NCBI GenBank assembly: GCA_002269645.1
Contig: NIVC01000146.1
Location: 1 to 64,000, forward strand
DNA: 64,000 nt
Source: Macrostomum lignano
Taxonomy: Eukaryota
Direction of reading: 5' to 3'
Part shown: positions 1 to 12,383 of the stretch, in pieces
Position numbering within the stretch: the stretch's first letter is position 1
Layout: the number at the start of each line of letters is the position of its first letter
Notes under the pieces: model-generated
Told to the model about the DNA's origin: nothing
The model's database searches: none
The model's input: the letters and a program-made list of their open reading frames with translations, nothing else
Program-made: the position numbers and the translations under genes

Positions 1-484
1 CCATACCCGGACATTTCATCACATCCCGGACATTCATACCATACCCGGACATTTTCCACATACCGGACATTCTATGCCATACTCGGACATTCCATCCCAT
101 ACCCAGACATTCCATCCATACCCGGACATTCATCCATACCCGGACATTCCATCCCATACTCGGACATTTCATCCCATACCCGGACATTCCATCCATCCCG
201 GACATTCCATCCATACCGGACATTCCATCCATACTCGGACATTCCACCCATACCCGGACATTCCATCCCATACCCAGACATTCCATCCCATACCCAGACA
301 TTCCAACCATACCCAGACTTCTATCCCATACCCAGACATTCCACCCCATACCTGGACATTTCATCCCATACTCGGACATTCCATCCATACCCGCGACATT
401 CCATCCCATACCCGGACATTCCATCCCATACTCGCGACATTTCATCATACCGCGACATTCCATCCATACCCGGACATTCCATCC
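1..484. repeat. ~20-bp minisatellite (ccatacccggacattccatc), runs off the left edge; intronic
   Basis: Degenerate 20-nt unit seen directly; the array ends ~35 nt before the splice acceptor at 517-518. Confidence 0.95.
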
Positions 485-518
485 CCCTAAGCCTCCCACT
501 CCCGCACCCCTCGGCCAG

Positions 519-1992
519 GCGGCGAATTCCTGGAATTCGACAGCGCCAAGACGGCCGCAAAGCCGGGCTACCGAAGAAATCGCGGACAATTTCGGCCGAA
601 GCCGGGCTACCGTACAGCGTCCGGACAGAATCGACAGCGCCTTCTACGACTACGGAACCGGCTGGTGCACTTTTTCAAGGGCATCTGGGTGAGTTAGGAA
701 TCTTTTCAGTTACCATTTGCAATGACTTCTACTAAGGAGGCTGTGAGCCTGGAATCTGGGGATTGAGGAACTTTTCCCTAATCGCAGTGCTATTATACAC
801 GAGAAGGCTGACCTGACGCTCAAGCTGATTCTCGCCTCATGAGGACCAATATTAAAAGACGCAGAGAGTGTACATGCCTGAGGGGGTTGTTTTACGAACT
901 GCCGTCTAAGACTGAACTCCTAAGTTCCAACTTAGGCTCGAACTTAAGACTGAGCCGTAAATGCGTTTTACAAACACTAGGAGTCATTCTAACTCGATCT
1001 TAGCTAAGGTCGAGCTTTGGTTGTTTAAGATAGGGTGTGCATAGACTAATTCCGGTGGCGTCAAACTTTAGCCGTTTTATATATGCATCTCGGCATTCGC
1101 ACGACGAGCAATTAAAACGGCAAACATTTCATTCCAATAGATCGGCTTCTGCTGTTCAGATAGCGACTTGAAACTTAGGACAACTCTAGATTGTGTCCTA
1201 AAGTTAAGATTTGATCATGACAGTTTTTGGTCATAGACAGTGTCTCTTGCTAAAACGCACCAGTCGTAAGTTCGATCTTATCTTCATTAGGTCAGACCTT
1301 AGTGATCCCAGCTAAGATCGACTTTTATCTTCATAGAACACGTCGATCCTAAACTCAATCCTTAGTTTGATCTTAAGATGAACTTTGGTGTTCGTAAAAC
1401 GCCGCCCTGACGATGATAAAGTCAGGGCTTTTGTACACCCTGTGTGAGCGTGTGGATATGGCTGCTTGCAGTTGTGTCGGCTGTCGCGAGGATTCCTAGA
1501 AATAGAGCATAAAAACTGAGATACAGAAAAATTTTCTTCATTCATAGACGGCGACATTTCATTCGACCAGAGCTGCATCTATCAAGCGCTCTTGTGTCTT
1601 TTGGTTTTGTTTTCAATAATTGCAAACTGAGCAGTCGCCCCCCGCCACCTCAGGTGTTCATTACAACCCGGCTCAGCCAGGCGCTTCAAAATTCAACAAC
1701 TGCTCGAGTCGGTCCGCAGAATTGCTGACAGATTCCCAAACCGCGCCTGGGGACAAGCCGCTGCAGACGCCAGTGGACTCCGTGTACTTTCGCCTGGCCG
1801 ATGGCGGCCTGTACTTCTTCTCGGGCCGGGAGGTTCTGCAGGACGTGGCGTATTCGGCCTACCGTCCGCCAGCGGCCGGGGTGCCCGCGGCCGGACTCCT
1901 GCCTACCGTGGCCGGGCCAGCGACAAGTGGCCGGATCTGTGCTTCCTGAGCACAGCAAGTGCGACCTGAGCGAGGTCAAGCTGGAGGACTGA
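519..1992 (+). CDS. Last two exons (519-688, 1654-1992) of a hemopexin-repeat protein (MMP/hemopexin-like), with several 1-nt indels
   Basis: AG at 517-518, GT at 689, AG at 1652-1653. Allowing frameshifts it reads GEFLEFDSAKTAAKPGY(P)KKIADNF, DRIDSAFYDYGTG/LVHFFKGIW, V(F)HYNP, PVDSVYFRLADGGLYFFSG: hemopexin-type GYPKxI, IDSAF and YFFxG motifs. The terminal frame and TGA 1990-1992 are uncertain. Confidence 0.65.
860..1470 (+). mobile_element. SINE family B fragment split by a Harbinger-like MITE
   Basis: agtgtacatgcctga (to 881) joined to cgatgataaagtcagggc..tgtacaccctgtgtgag (from 1411) matches the body of the intact SINE at 56422-56777. Confidence 0.6.
882..1407. mobile_element. PIF/Harbinger-like non-autonomous element (526 bp)
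   Basis: 18-bp TIRs GGGGGTTGTTTTACGAAC / GTTCGTAAAACGCCGCCC (15/18 match); 3-bp TSD TGA at 879-881 and 1408-1410. Confidence 0.8.
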
Positions 1993-2259
1993 TGCACTGG
2001 GAGGTCAAGTTGATAAGATAGTTTGTTGGTTAATCTGATGCGATCAGAGTTAAGTAGCTACTTGTCTCTGTGCATGAAATAATTTTTCAAACAGTTTTTT
2101 TTACTTGGTTTTTTATACTGCGTTCCCGTGTCCCCCGGCACAACACCCGCGATATTGTTTTTTATTCGTTTGCTTTGTCGTTTTTAGTTTATTAAAACAG
2201 TGAAAAGCATCGTTCTGTGGATGTTTAGCTGTAAGCGCCACCTGCGGGATCTGCATTGA

Positions 2260-2660
2260 GGTGTGTGGGTGAAATGGGGGTGGTGGGTGAAATGGGTGGT
2301 GGGTGAAATGGGGGGTGATTGAAATGGGTGGTGGGTGAAATGGGGGTGGTGGGTGAAATGGGTGGTGGTGAAATGGCGGTGATGGGTGAAATGGGGTGGT
2401 GGTGAAATGGGGTGGTGGGTGAAATGGGGTGATGGGCGAAATGGGCTGGTTGTTGAAATGGGCTGGTGGGTAAAATGGGGTGGTTTGTGGAATGGTGGTG
2501 TGTGTGAAATGGGGTGGTGGGTGAAATGGGGTGGTGGTGAAATGGGTGGTGGGTAAAATGGGGTGGTGTGGTCAAATGGGGTGGTGAGTGAAATGGGTGA
2601 TGGCTGAAGTGGGGTTGTTAGTGAATGGGGTAGTGGGTGAAACAGTGGTGGGTGAAAGGG
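2260..2660. repeat. G-rich ~17-18 bp minisatellite (ggtggtgggtgaaatgg)
   Basis: Seen directly, between two convergent 3' gene ends. Confidence 0.9.
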
Positions 2661-3112
2661 GAAATTTTTGCTAAAAAATTGCAGAAGAGTCTGCAATCAA
2701 ATTTAGTAACCGCACCAGAAAAAAATAACCAAATCCAGTGAAAATCTTCTTTGAAAATATTTTTTCTCAATCACCTGTTAAAATACGACATCAACGCAAT
2801 ACTCTGCTTTTTTAAGGCAATAATTTTCCTCATTGGGCACATTATAATTACGAGTTGATTTTTTACCCAAAATAAATTATACATTCGCTATGGGTTCCGC
2901 TCTGATCTCACGTATTTTGAGCATTCAGTTATTATCGTATCGAAATTTAGCTGTCTGCAATGTACAAGTATTTATTCTCTATTGAGTAGAGAATAGGTCT
3001 GTAGAGAGGTCTGTAGCACAGTGCAGGTACAAAGACACAGTATGGGCCTACAGCATGAAGGCTTTTTTGGCTTTCTGGTGACCGCCTCAGCGCAACAGTC
3101 TGTTGAGGCTCT

Positions 3113-6100
3113 CTACGGTATCAGCTGCAATCCAAGCCTGCCTGATGGCTCCCTTGCCGCTCTGGCTGAGTTCAACTGTTGCTGCTGTTGCGGCTGCTGC
3201 TGCTGTTGAGGTTGTTGCCGCTGGTACTGCAGCTGACGCACCGGCTCCCTCATCTCTTCGTCCTCCAGACTCGCCAGGTACCTTAGTATGGCTTCGAAAT
3301 CTTGCGGCATCCTGAAATGATTTAGCGATGCAGATGTCCCGTATATTACTTGCAGTAGTCGTATCCTTTTCCAAAGAAGCGTTTCGGTCGCTTAAACTTG
3401 AGCTACCTGTTTCGAGAGGCTGCTGCACTGCCAACGTTTGAAGACCTTTTGCCCGCGTCTCGGCTGGTGCAGACGCTCATCAGGATGCACAGCAGCTCGA
3501 TGAACTCCATGACGCTGAGCAGCGAAATTCCTGCGGGGCAGGCGAGTATGCGCTTTGTGTCAGCTGGGATATGGGTTTGTGTCAGCTTCGGGATGCGTTT
3601 GTGTCAGCTGGGGGGATGCGTTTTGTGTCAGCTGGGATATGGCTTTGTGTCAGCTTCGGGATGCGTTTGTGTCAGCTGGGGTATGCGTTTGTGTCAGCTT
3701 CGGGATGCGTTTGTGTCAGCTGGGGGGATGCGTTTTGTGTCAGCTGGGATATGGCTTTGTGTCAGCTTCGGGATGCGTTTGTGTCAGCTGGGGTATGCGT
3801 TTGTGTCAGCTTCGGGATGCGTTTGTGTCAGCTGGGGTATGCGTTTGTGTCAGCTTCGGGATGCGTTTGTGTCAGCTGGGGTATGCGTTTGTGTCAGCTG
3901 GGGTATGCGTTTGTGTCAGCTTCGGGATGCGTTTGTGTCAGCTTCGGGATGCGTTTGTGTCAGCTGGAGGGATGGGTTGGTGTCAGCTGGAGGGATGGGT
4001 TGGTGTCAGCTGGAGGGATGGGTTGGTGTCAGCTGAGGATGGGTTGGTGTCAGCTGGGGTATGCGTTTGTGTCAGCTTCGGGATGGGTTGGTGTCAGCTG
4101 GGGATGGGTTGGTGTCAGCTTCGGGATGCGTTTGTGTCAGCTTCGGGATGCGTTTGTGTCAGCTGGAGGGATGGGTTGGTGTCAGCTGGAGGGATGGGTT
4201 GGTGTCAGCTGGAGGGATGGGTTGGTGTCAGCTGAGGATGGGTTGGTGTCAGCTGGGGTATGCGTTTGTGTCAGCTTCGGGATGGGTTGGTGTCAGCTGG
4301 GGATGGGTTGGTGTCAGTTGGGGATGGGTTGGTGTCAGCTGGGGATGGGTTGGTGTCAGCTGGGGATGGGTTGGTGTCAGCTGGGGATGGTTGGTGTCAG
4401 CTGGGGATGGGTTGGTGTCAGCTGGGGATGGGTTGGTGTCAGCTGGGGATGGGTTGGTGTCAGCTGGGGATGGGTTGGTGTCAGCTGGGGATGGGTTGGT
4501 GTCAGCTGGGTGGCACAGTGATGGCGCGTTCGGCCAGAGCTCATTCAGCTTCCTGCAGCTTCAAATAGTTTGAAAGCGCAGTTCACACAGAGTACGACGT
4601 TTCCACATGGTGACGTTCTGTGTGTTCGAGTGCGCAAAAATCACTTACTGATGGGCTGGTCATGCCAGAGGGGGGGCAAGAGTTTCGGGCTCTGTTGTTC
4701 ACTTGACAGCTGCGGTACGGTTGCCCCATCAACCAATAAGTATTGGGCAGGACTTCGCGATGGGAGAATTGGAATATGGGGACGACTGACTGCAGAGACT
4801 GGCAGGAACAGCCGCTAGCAAGCTGTCTTGCGACCCTCCTTTGCCGGAGAGCCCGCTTGTGCAGATAAATTGAAGCTCTGCTCCGAGACAGATACCGAAA
4901 TGCACAGCTTGGGTTTATTTTATATAGATGCTGGGCAATGCTGGTGGGTATTCCAGCCTTGCTATGCACAGTGGATCCACTTCGACAACTAATTTCGTAA
5001 TTCGCCTCCCTCAGAAAATGCACATGTAGTTTGGCCTCTCTAGACCCGGCACAGGCCTACCTGTGCAATTTGTCTTATCGCAGCCATCTGCGGCAGGCAG
5101 GCAGGAAGCGAGGCAGAGACAGGGGGAGAAATGCAAGACTGGGAATAGATTACCGGCCTGGCGCGCCGTTGGCTCGAAGCTTGACATTTCGCTTTGCTGC
5201 TGCACCGAGAAGGACGGTTGAAGGAGGCTCTCCGAGTCCCTTGGCATCAGCGGGATCCCGGGTGTGTGCGGGCTGCACTTTCTTACCATTTTTGCTCACT
5301 AGCAACGGGGATCTGACACCGCAAGTGCGAGTGCATTTATGCCCTAGGCTGTATTAAGTACAACCAGCTGGGCCTTGGGCTACATATTACTATTAGTAGA
5401 TCGTTAAATGGGGATAAAAAAATTCAGAGATCTTCAAAAACCTCAGCCTCACCCATCCACAGGCCGAAGATGCCGCCAACCTCGCTGAGTGCCTCCGGCC
5501 AGTCGTAGCTGTACTCCTCCATGTAGACGCCCGCGTGGGTCGAGGCAGGTTTGATCCAGATCTGGGCAACGTTTGCCTTCAACTTGGCTCTGGAGATGCA
5601 CCACGAGTCTACCAAGGGTGCGTCCGTGCCATTCTCCTTCCGGCAGTCCGGGTTGAACAGGTGCCGAATGATGGCCTCGGCCCGGCTGTTCCGCGACTTC
5701 AGCAGGTGCATAACCTGGTCCTCATTCTGCAGCTCGGCGATGTAAGACGGCATGAAGACGTAGTTCACAAAGTCAATCAGCTCGTCACTTCGCGGCCAGG
5801 GCACCTGCACTTTGGTGGCCTGCAGCTTCCAGCTGGTGCAAGGCTTGTATTCATCTTTCTGCTGCAGCAGTTCCGAGGTTTTCTGCTCAGCCAGTTTGAA
5901 TGAGTTGGTGTGGCAGGCGAGCCGCTGCATGAACTCCATGGAAGGGTGAATTCTGTGCTGCGGATCAGCGTAGAGGCACAACAAGCTGGTGTTGAACTTG
6001 AACGGCAGCAGATGAGTGTAGCAACCGCATTTGTCAAATATCATCTTCTGCTGGGCCTCCATCACTGCTTCCGGTTGAGTTAAACGATAGCTCCGTAGTC

Positions 6101-7118
6101 CAGTGACGTTCGGGCCGAAGTACCTCACATAGGAGATGGTCTCCGGCTCTTCTGCGTTGCACACATGCGATGGTGGCCTGTTCAACGTGTTCACCTGCTT
6201 TGTGTTGACCTCAATGGTGGTTGAGGCGCCGCTGGACACGTCAAAGGCAATATCTGATGTGGTGGGAAACTGGCTCTCATTGTGTATGAAGATTCTCAGG
6301 CCTTCAGCCTCCCATTTGTTGCCGGTAAGCACCTGATTTAAGGTCCGATTTCCGCGACCCAAGTACGTGCGCAGCGAATACGGATTGGTGATCTCGTCCT
6401 CTCTGGTCATGCTTCGGAGATAATTCACCGAGTCGTCCAGCCTGTTGCTGTCGAAGTTTGAGTCTGTGAACAGAATCAGCCTCAGCCCGCTGTCCTGATC
6501 GCTGTTGTCAATCGTGCGGTCGCCATCGAGGGGCTGGAACGTGTAGCAGTTCCAGTAACGGTGGTGCTGAACTAATTTAAAGTTGGAGGCATTGCAGTGC
6601 TTGTTCTTATACAGGCACATCAGCAGCGTGTGTCTGTCACTGAGCCCGAACTCTCGGGTGTCGTCCGATACCCAGAAAATGTCCGTGTACGTCTTGAGCA
6701 GTTCGCGCTGCCTTTCCTTGTATTCGACTCGGGTCTCGCTGTGTTTCCGGCTTCGCAATCCGAACAGCCAGTTATCAAAAAAATTCCACACCTGGTCCAG
6801 GTGGTGGAACAGCGCGGCTTTCTCTTCCTCGGCGTGAAGCAGCGCCTCGGACACGGGCTTCAGGTTGCAGATGGTCACGCCGGGGAACAGGGCCTGCGGG
6901 CCTTCGTCCCGGTAGATGCTGGTGATGGGCGACTCCAGGTAGTTGCTAACCGTGGCGTAGATGTGATAGACGCAGGCCCCGCTGGCTGCGAAGGTCAGCA
7001 CAAGCCAGAACGCCTTGCGCCACAGGTCGCCGCTCTGAAACATGTGGCTCAGTCCGTGCAGAGTGGACCGGTGCCCGTACTCAGTAAGCACGGTCGCCGC
7101 CGCCTTCACGTTCGACAT
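3113..7118 (-). CDS. DEG/ENaC/ASIC-family sodium channel subunit; join(7118..5453, 3530..3407, 3311..3113), ~662 aa
   Basis: ATG at 7118. Motifs STLHG (pre-TM1), hydrophobic TM1, FPGVTICN, WNCYTF, GLRIFIH, Cys-rich thumb, and SEVGGIFGLWMG|ISLLSVMEFIEL (TM2 with GxS filter joined across a phase-1 intron). A 95-nt intron at 3406-3312 gives an in-frame Gln-rich tail; this last exon is less certain. Confidence 0.9.
3548..4507. repeat. 21-23 bp minisatellite (gtgtcagctgggg...) in the DEG/ENaC intron
   Basis: Seen directly; the unit drifts from atgcgtttgtgtcagct to atgggttggtgtcagct along the array. Confidence 0.95.
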
Positions 7119-7124
7119 TGCTTT

Positions 7125-7127
7125 TGC

Positions 7128-7165
<38 letters not shown>
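7125..7165. repeat. (CAG/CTG)n tract just upstream of the DEG/ENaC ATG
   Basis: ~13 trinucleotide units with one variant; an in-frame TAG lies upstream, so the tract is probably UTR. Confidence 0.85.
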
Positions 7166-7166
<1 letters not shown>

Positions 7167-8613
7167 AGAAGTCTAGAAATTTTGCAGCTGCTTTAGTCTT
7201 GCTAAGACGGTCGATACTAATAGGCTTCCCCTGCGCCAAGGACTGGGAAAAGTGAAACGCAGTCTGTTGCTCCCCGGCTCTAAATTAGGGAAGAGCGCAA
7301 GAACGCTAAGCCCTTCCAAAGAGGATCCGCCGCCAGGTATTGGACCCCTCCTGATGGCCATTCAGTGAAGGACGGTCGGCTCCCTCTCGGGTGGTGCGTC
7401 ACCTCCCAACTGTACTAAAAAAGGTCAGTACAGCATTCTCTGCATTCTCTTTGGGGAAAAATTGCCCCAATATTATTCTCTTCGCGTAAACGACAAAGCG
7501 AAAAATTCAATGAAATAGACCATAACTGCGGCCCGCTAAGCCTCTCTATCCGGCCCTCGGGTCCTTTGAAACTTCACAACATCGATCCGGCCGGCTCAAG
7601 CCTTGTGTCTCTTCTCAGCTCTCTTAACTTCCCTCTCTCCTCTCTCCTCTTTTCTTCTCTCATCCCATTCTGATCCCAGCTGGGTTCTTTATCTGGCCTT
7701 TGAGGTAAACAAGTATTAAGGTTTTGTGCCTCTGTTTCAGTGCACTGTTTGGCCAATTTCATTGGATAACAGACACGCCGTATTTTCATCATTTTCGTTA
7801 CTCGCCTTGCAGAAAAGCCAGCTTGCCTCAATAGCAAAGAGTTTACGCGACGTGTCTGCTTCTGCACAACAGCTCTGTTGCTTTTTTAGCACAAAAGCCT
7901 GCTCGAATTTAGTCTCCACGCGCACAGTAGCCAGGCATTAACAATGGCCGCCTGTACAGCTTATTCATTATCCCCAGGCTGCTCGGGTCAGGCAAGACAG
8001 TCAAGATGCCCCGCACCCAGTCACCGCCCCTCCTCCAGCACTGGAACGGACAATAGCCCCGTCATGGACTACTCCACTTGGAGTCTGGATGGCGAAACCA
8101 CAGTTGTCCAATATTTAATCAGAATTTGAAAGTCGATTTTAATGCCATCCGATGCACATCACGAGAGTCAAAAATCGTTTATGCGGAAGATTATTACATG
8201 ATTATTAGCGCATTGCTTTCGATAGATTTTGTTGTGGTATAAGAAAGAACTGGGCTGGTTATTCCCTTGCCATATAAATGCTTTTTAGAACTTCTTGGCT
8301 CGGGTCGCGAGCTGCATAACAAGCTGTCTATTGTGTCGACCAGTCGATATCTGTTGGTTACTCCGCGAGTGCGAGCCCGCCATTCCAGCACTGCAGCTGT
8401 TGCAGCAATATCAACCGCAGTGACAATGTTGGTGAGTGCAAGTTTCTGTCTTTATATTGAATTCAGAGGAAGAAAAAACATGCAGCTACCCTAAAAAACC
8501 AATTCGCTGGATATCTCCGTTCTCGAGGTTGAGAGAAATATACGATTTATTGTCATAGGGCGCGTTACTTCCCCGATAGGCTTCGCCCTCGCCCATAAAC
8601 CAGTCCTCAGCCA

Positions 8614-8914
8614 TTTGCGGCCACAATCAATGAAGCCAGCTGGGCAATGGGGTCCGGCCATAGACTACAGAAACACTTCCCTTCCCCTGCCTTTGTTTGC
8701 GGCCACAATCAATGAAGCCAGCTGGGCAATGGGGTCCGGCCATAGACTACAGAAACACTTCCCTTCCCCTGCCTTTGTTTCCGGCCACAATCAATGAAGC
8801 CAGCTGGGCAATGGGGTCCGGCCATAGACTACAGAAACACTTCCCTTCCCCTGTCTTTGTTTCCGGCCACAATCAATGAAGCCAGCTGGGCAATGGGGTC
8901 CGGCCATAGACTAC
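8614..8914. repeat. 82-bp tandem repeat, ~3.7 copies
   Basis: Near-identical units at 82-nt spacing (ORF starts 8615 and 8697 mirror the period). Confidence 0.9.
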
Positions 8915-9653
8915 ATAAAACGTATTTATAAAACTCCAAATTAATGAATTTCTGTGGCGGAAGGCTGCAAGTACACATAGGGGCGGCGGCGTAGAAGAAG
9001 CAGCCTTCGCGCTCCCCAGCCCATCACGACTCGTCTGTGCGCCATTTTAGAACTAATTTTAATGTTAAATACTAAATGAAATTATTTTAACATGATGTCT
9101 AACATTCTGAAGATATCGAATTTAAAGAGAAAAAATCGAGAATGCTTTAATGAATGCGAACTTCCCTGGATACTGAAAGTAGGGTCTGTTGTACAGCCTC
9201 GCACGCAGCAACTCAGCGCTGCTTGTGCTCGCACTTTATCTGCATCAGCAAGTTTGATTTGCTATGCGCAGCTTCAATATCTAAAACTTATTGAACTCAA
9301 AGTCTAAAGGGATTGTTGCGCAATCGCTAAAGCCATAGACAAGTCTCGGAAGGGGGACATGGGCATATAATTTATATAGCATACGGTTTACTCAGCAGCC
9401 CAAAGCCCAATTCTCAAAGCCTAACTGCACTGGAACCGACAAGCCTCTCGCACTGGCAAGACTCACAAACCAGTGGGGCAATGCTCAACCTGCAGCTTTC
9501 ATCGGCCTGCGACAAAGCGAGGCGGGCAAGGCAGTTGTATTTTGCAATGGTAAAAATACTTGACTTTGCAGACAGCACAGAGCTAATAAAAAGAGATCTC
9601 CGAAATAAAATTATTACTATGAATGTTTCATACTTTTTCAAGATATAAATACT

Positions 9654-9769
9654 GGGGTCGTACTATAAAGCTGTCGTAGCGTAAGTTCGATCGTACGTCG
9701 GAACTTTTACACGGCGGAGATAGGAGCTAAGAACGATCTTATCTTACGATGGCATTATAGAACGGGCCC
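9654..9769. mobile_element. Small degenerate Harbinger-like MITE (116 bp)
   Basis: Imperfect TIRs ggggtcgtactataaagctgtcgta / tacgatggcattatagaacgggccc; shares cgtaagttcgatc and gatcttatctt with the 882-1407 element. No clean TSD. Confidence 0.55.
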
Positions 9770-9942
9770 AAGGTCCCTGCAACCATGGATTTAAGGACTG
9801 TCTGTAGAAACAGTCCTGAAGTCTATCATTAAGAGTACAGGCAAACTATAAGTGATTTCATCTTCATCTCGCTGAGAACAGGTAATCAAAATAGCTCCCC
9901 AAGTGCAGTCCTTGAACTGACCTTGAACCGTTGCTGGCATAA

Positions 9943-11376
9943 AACCCGCAGTTCACCGGGCACAAAAGCTTCACTACAGTCATACTGCTCGGAGTCGGTT
10001 TGCTGCTGCTGACCATTCTGTTTCTAAGAAGCACGCACAAACTTGCAGGCAATGACAAGTTCAGAATACCAGCAACCATGCCACATGCAGCAGAGCTTAA
10101 ACAAACTGCTAGCGAAGTCATACAGCAGCAGCTGCGCCGCGACCAGATCGATCTGGAGTCCATCGGGCACTTCGTGTACAGCGCCTACTTTGACACCAGA
10201 CCGACGCTCAACGGTCGCAAGTACGTCCGCGTGATCACTGTGCTCGATACGAAGGCCTACGAGAAGGAGCTCACCTGCCAGTTCATGCACCAGTCCGGTC
10301 ACCTCTCCTTCAGCACAGTCGCCAAGAGGTCTGCTATCGGCGCTGGCATGGGTCACAAGCAGCACTATTACAAAGAGTTCGTGCTGTCTTGCCCCGTCGC
10401 AGATGACCTCAGCTCTGCTACCTTCGTCTTCATTCAAACTGGCGACGCCTCTCTGAGATCGCAGGTGATGCGAGTGAGACACAACCCTCTGTCTCTGGGT
10501 CAGAGTCCAAACACCCTCGTCAGATCATCAACTGCGTGTCGGTGACCTTTGGCAAGCCGGATGAGTACAGACTGATCGAGTGGCTCGAGGCTCAGAGACT
10601 GCTCAAGATGGACAAAGTGCAGCTGCACTTTCATCACATGACGAACAAAAATTTTGAATCAGTAGCTCAAGCCTACAGTGCAGAAGGATTTGTGGATGTG
10701 AGAAAGCTCGGATGTCCGTTTTGTGAAGCCGGTCAGGAAGAGTCGCTGGGGCTGCTGCTGATGTCTCCCGCCATCAACCAGTGCTTCTATGAGGTAATAG
10801 ACACGTCATGGTGGACAGTTTTCAGATTCGTGGTGTCACTCGTCCTTCCTTATCGAATTGCAGAACCTCGGCCGCTACACGTACACGGCGGTGTTCGACC
10901 TGGACGAGATCATCGTGCCACAGCAGCACCCGGACTATCCCACTCTGCTGAGCGCGCTGGAGAAACGAGCGAACACGAGCTCGTTCGCCTTCAGGAACTG
11001 GTACCACTTCAGCGAGCTCGGAGAGGACTCCTCGGTGGACCCCAAGATGTACATGCTCCGGCATCCGTACAGCACGAAACAGGAGAGTCCGCTTGGCTAT
11101 TCTATCAAATCGATTCACAAATCCTGCTGTGTGGTGGCCTTGCACAACCATTTCAGCTGGGAGGACGTCCCCAAGCCGAACACCCAAAGCGGTCATCTTC
11201 CAGTGCCTATCGATCTGGGACTCAATGAGCACTACAAGAAGTGCCATTTTGACGAGAAAACTTGCAAGGAGATGACTGACGTGAAAGACAGAAAATACGG
11301 ATTGCGACTTCGTCAACTGCTCGGCAAGGTGCTCACGGAGTCATTTCGTAGCAAAGTGAAGCAGATTTTTGGGTGA
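9943..11376 (+). CDS. Glycosyltransferase family 92 (DUF23, GALT-1-like) copy 1; intron 10794-10863; frameshift ~10515; start codon not found
   Basis: Signal anchor FTTVILLGVGLLLLTILF; CVSVTF..LIEWLE; NQCFYE|NLG; VFDLDEIIVP (DxD); KSIH; HNHF. One C is missing in a C-run relative to copy 3. Confidence 0.8.
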
Positions 11377-12195
11377 CTTGAGTACCCGAAGGAGTTACTC
11401 TCTCTAGTTTTTTTGCAAACTTCATATACTGCTTGATGCTTGATGATAGTACGAAACATTACTAATAGTTCCCGACAGAACAACTTAATTATCTTTGGTT
11501 CTGTCAGCTGAATTCCACTATATTCTTATATGCACATTTTCATATAGTAAAGCCAGGAACCATTCAATACTAGGGACGGGAAACTACAATAGTTGTAGGC
11601 CGATCTATTAATAACTTAGTCCTCGGAAACCATTACTTGGATTTGTTTTTACCCCAGACAATAGGAGTAAGACCTATCTAAGTAATGCTTTTTGGTTTGA
11701 GGACAAAGTTATTAATGGATCGACCGCCAACGTCATTCGCTTTCCAACCCTAGTATTGATTAGTCTCTGTGCACAACGTTGTTTCCATAGGTGTAGTCAA
11801 CTAGTGAATACAATTCATACAGTTTGTTCGGTAATGCTTGACTTTTTCAATAATTTTGACGCATTTTCAAGCATTGATTACTGTAAGAAATTAGATCTAG
11901 AAATTACAGCGTTGAACTTTACATTTTCTACTGTCTCAAATATTTATACTGCGATGCTCACACTAGATGAGTGTGATTTTCAGCATTTAAAGTCAAAAAA
12001 ATCAGACAAAAAGCACTTCCGACGATAATAACCAATTGTTCTAACATGCGGCCTACTTTGATGTTTTACGGAATGACATCGCTAGAGAAAACTGAAATGC
12101 ACTGATTTGTTCGTTAACCAACAAATAGGGATGTGAAATGAGTATGCACGTATTCATTCGCTGTGAACAAACTGCTTAGAATCATCAAACTCAAT

Positions 12196-12383
12196 TTAAT
12201 AATAATAATTTACAGTATTACACCTGCCCTAGTGGGCAGATGTGCAACCGACAGCTCAGCCGCAGCTATTGCACGGCGCATCTGAAGGCTGCGTACGGCT
12301 GTTCAGTCCAAGGACTGGGGGGTCGCCACACACAGCCTCAATTACCCCAGCTAATGCTGGCACCCATTTTACAGCTGGGTGAA
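12196..12383 (-). mobile_element. SINE family A, 5'-truncated
   Basis: Reverse complement of the 24125-24380 element; (TTA)n-type tail. Confidence 0.8.

Noticed and set aside
7681-7713. Shared ~30-nt motif with 28265-28300 after CT-rich sequence
   Set aside because: Too short and partly low-complexity to define a family from this window alone.
8614-8914. CRISPR-like regular repeat
   Set aside because: Units are contiguous with no unique spacers; no cas genes; eukaryotic context. The same applies to all other arrays here.
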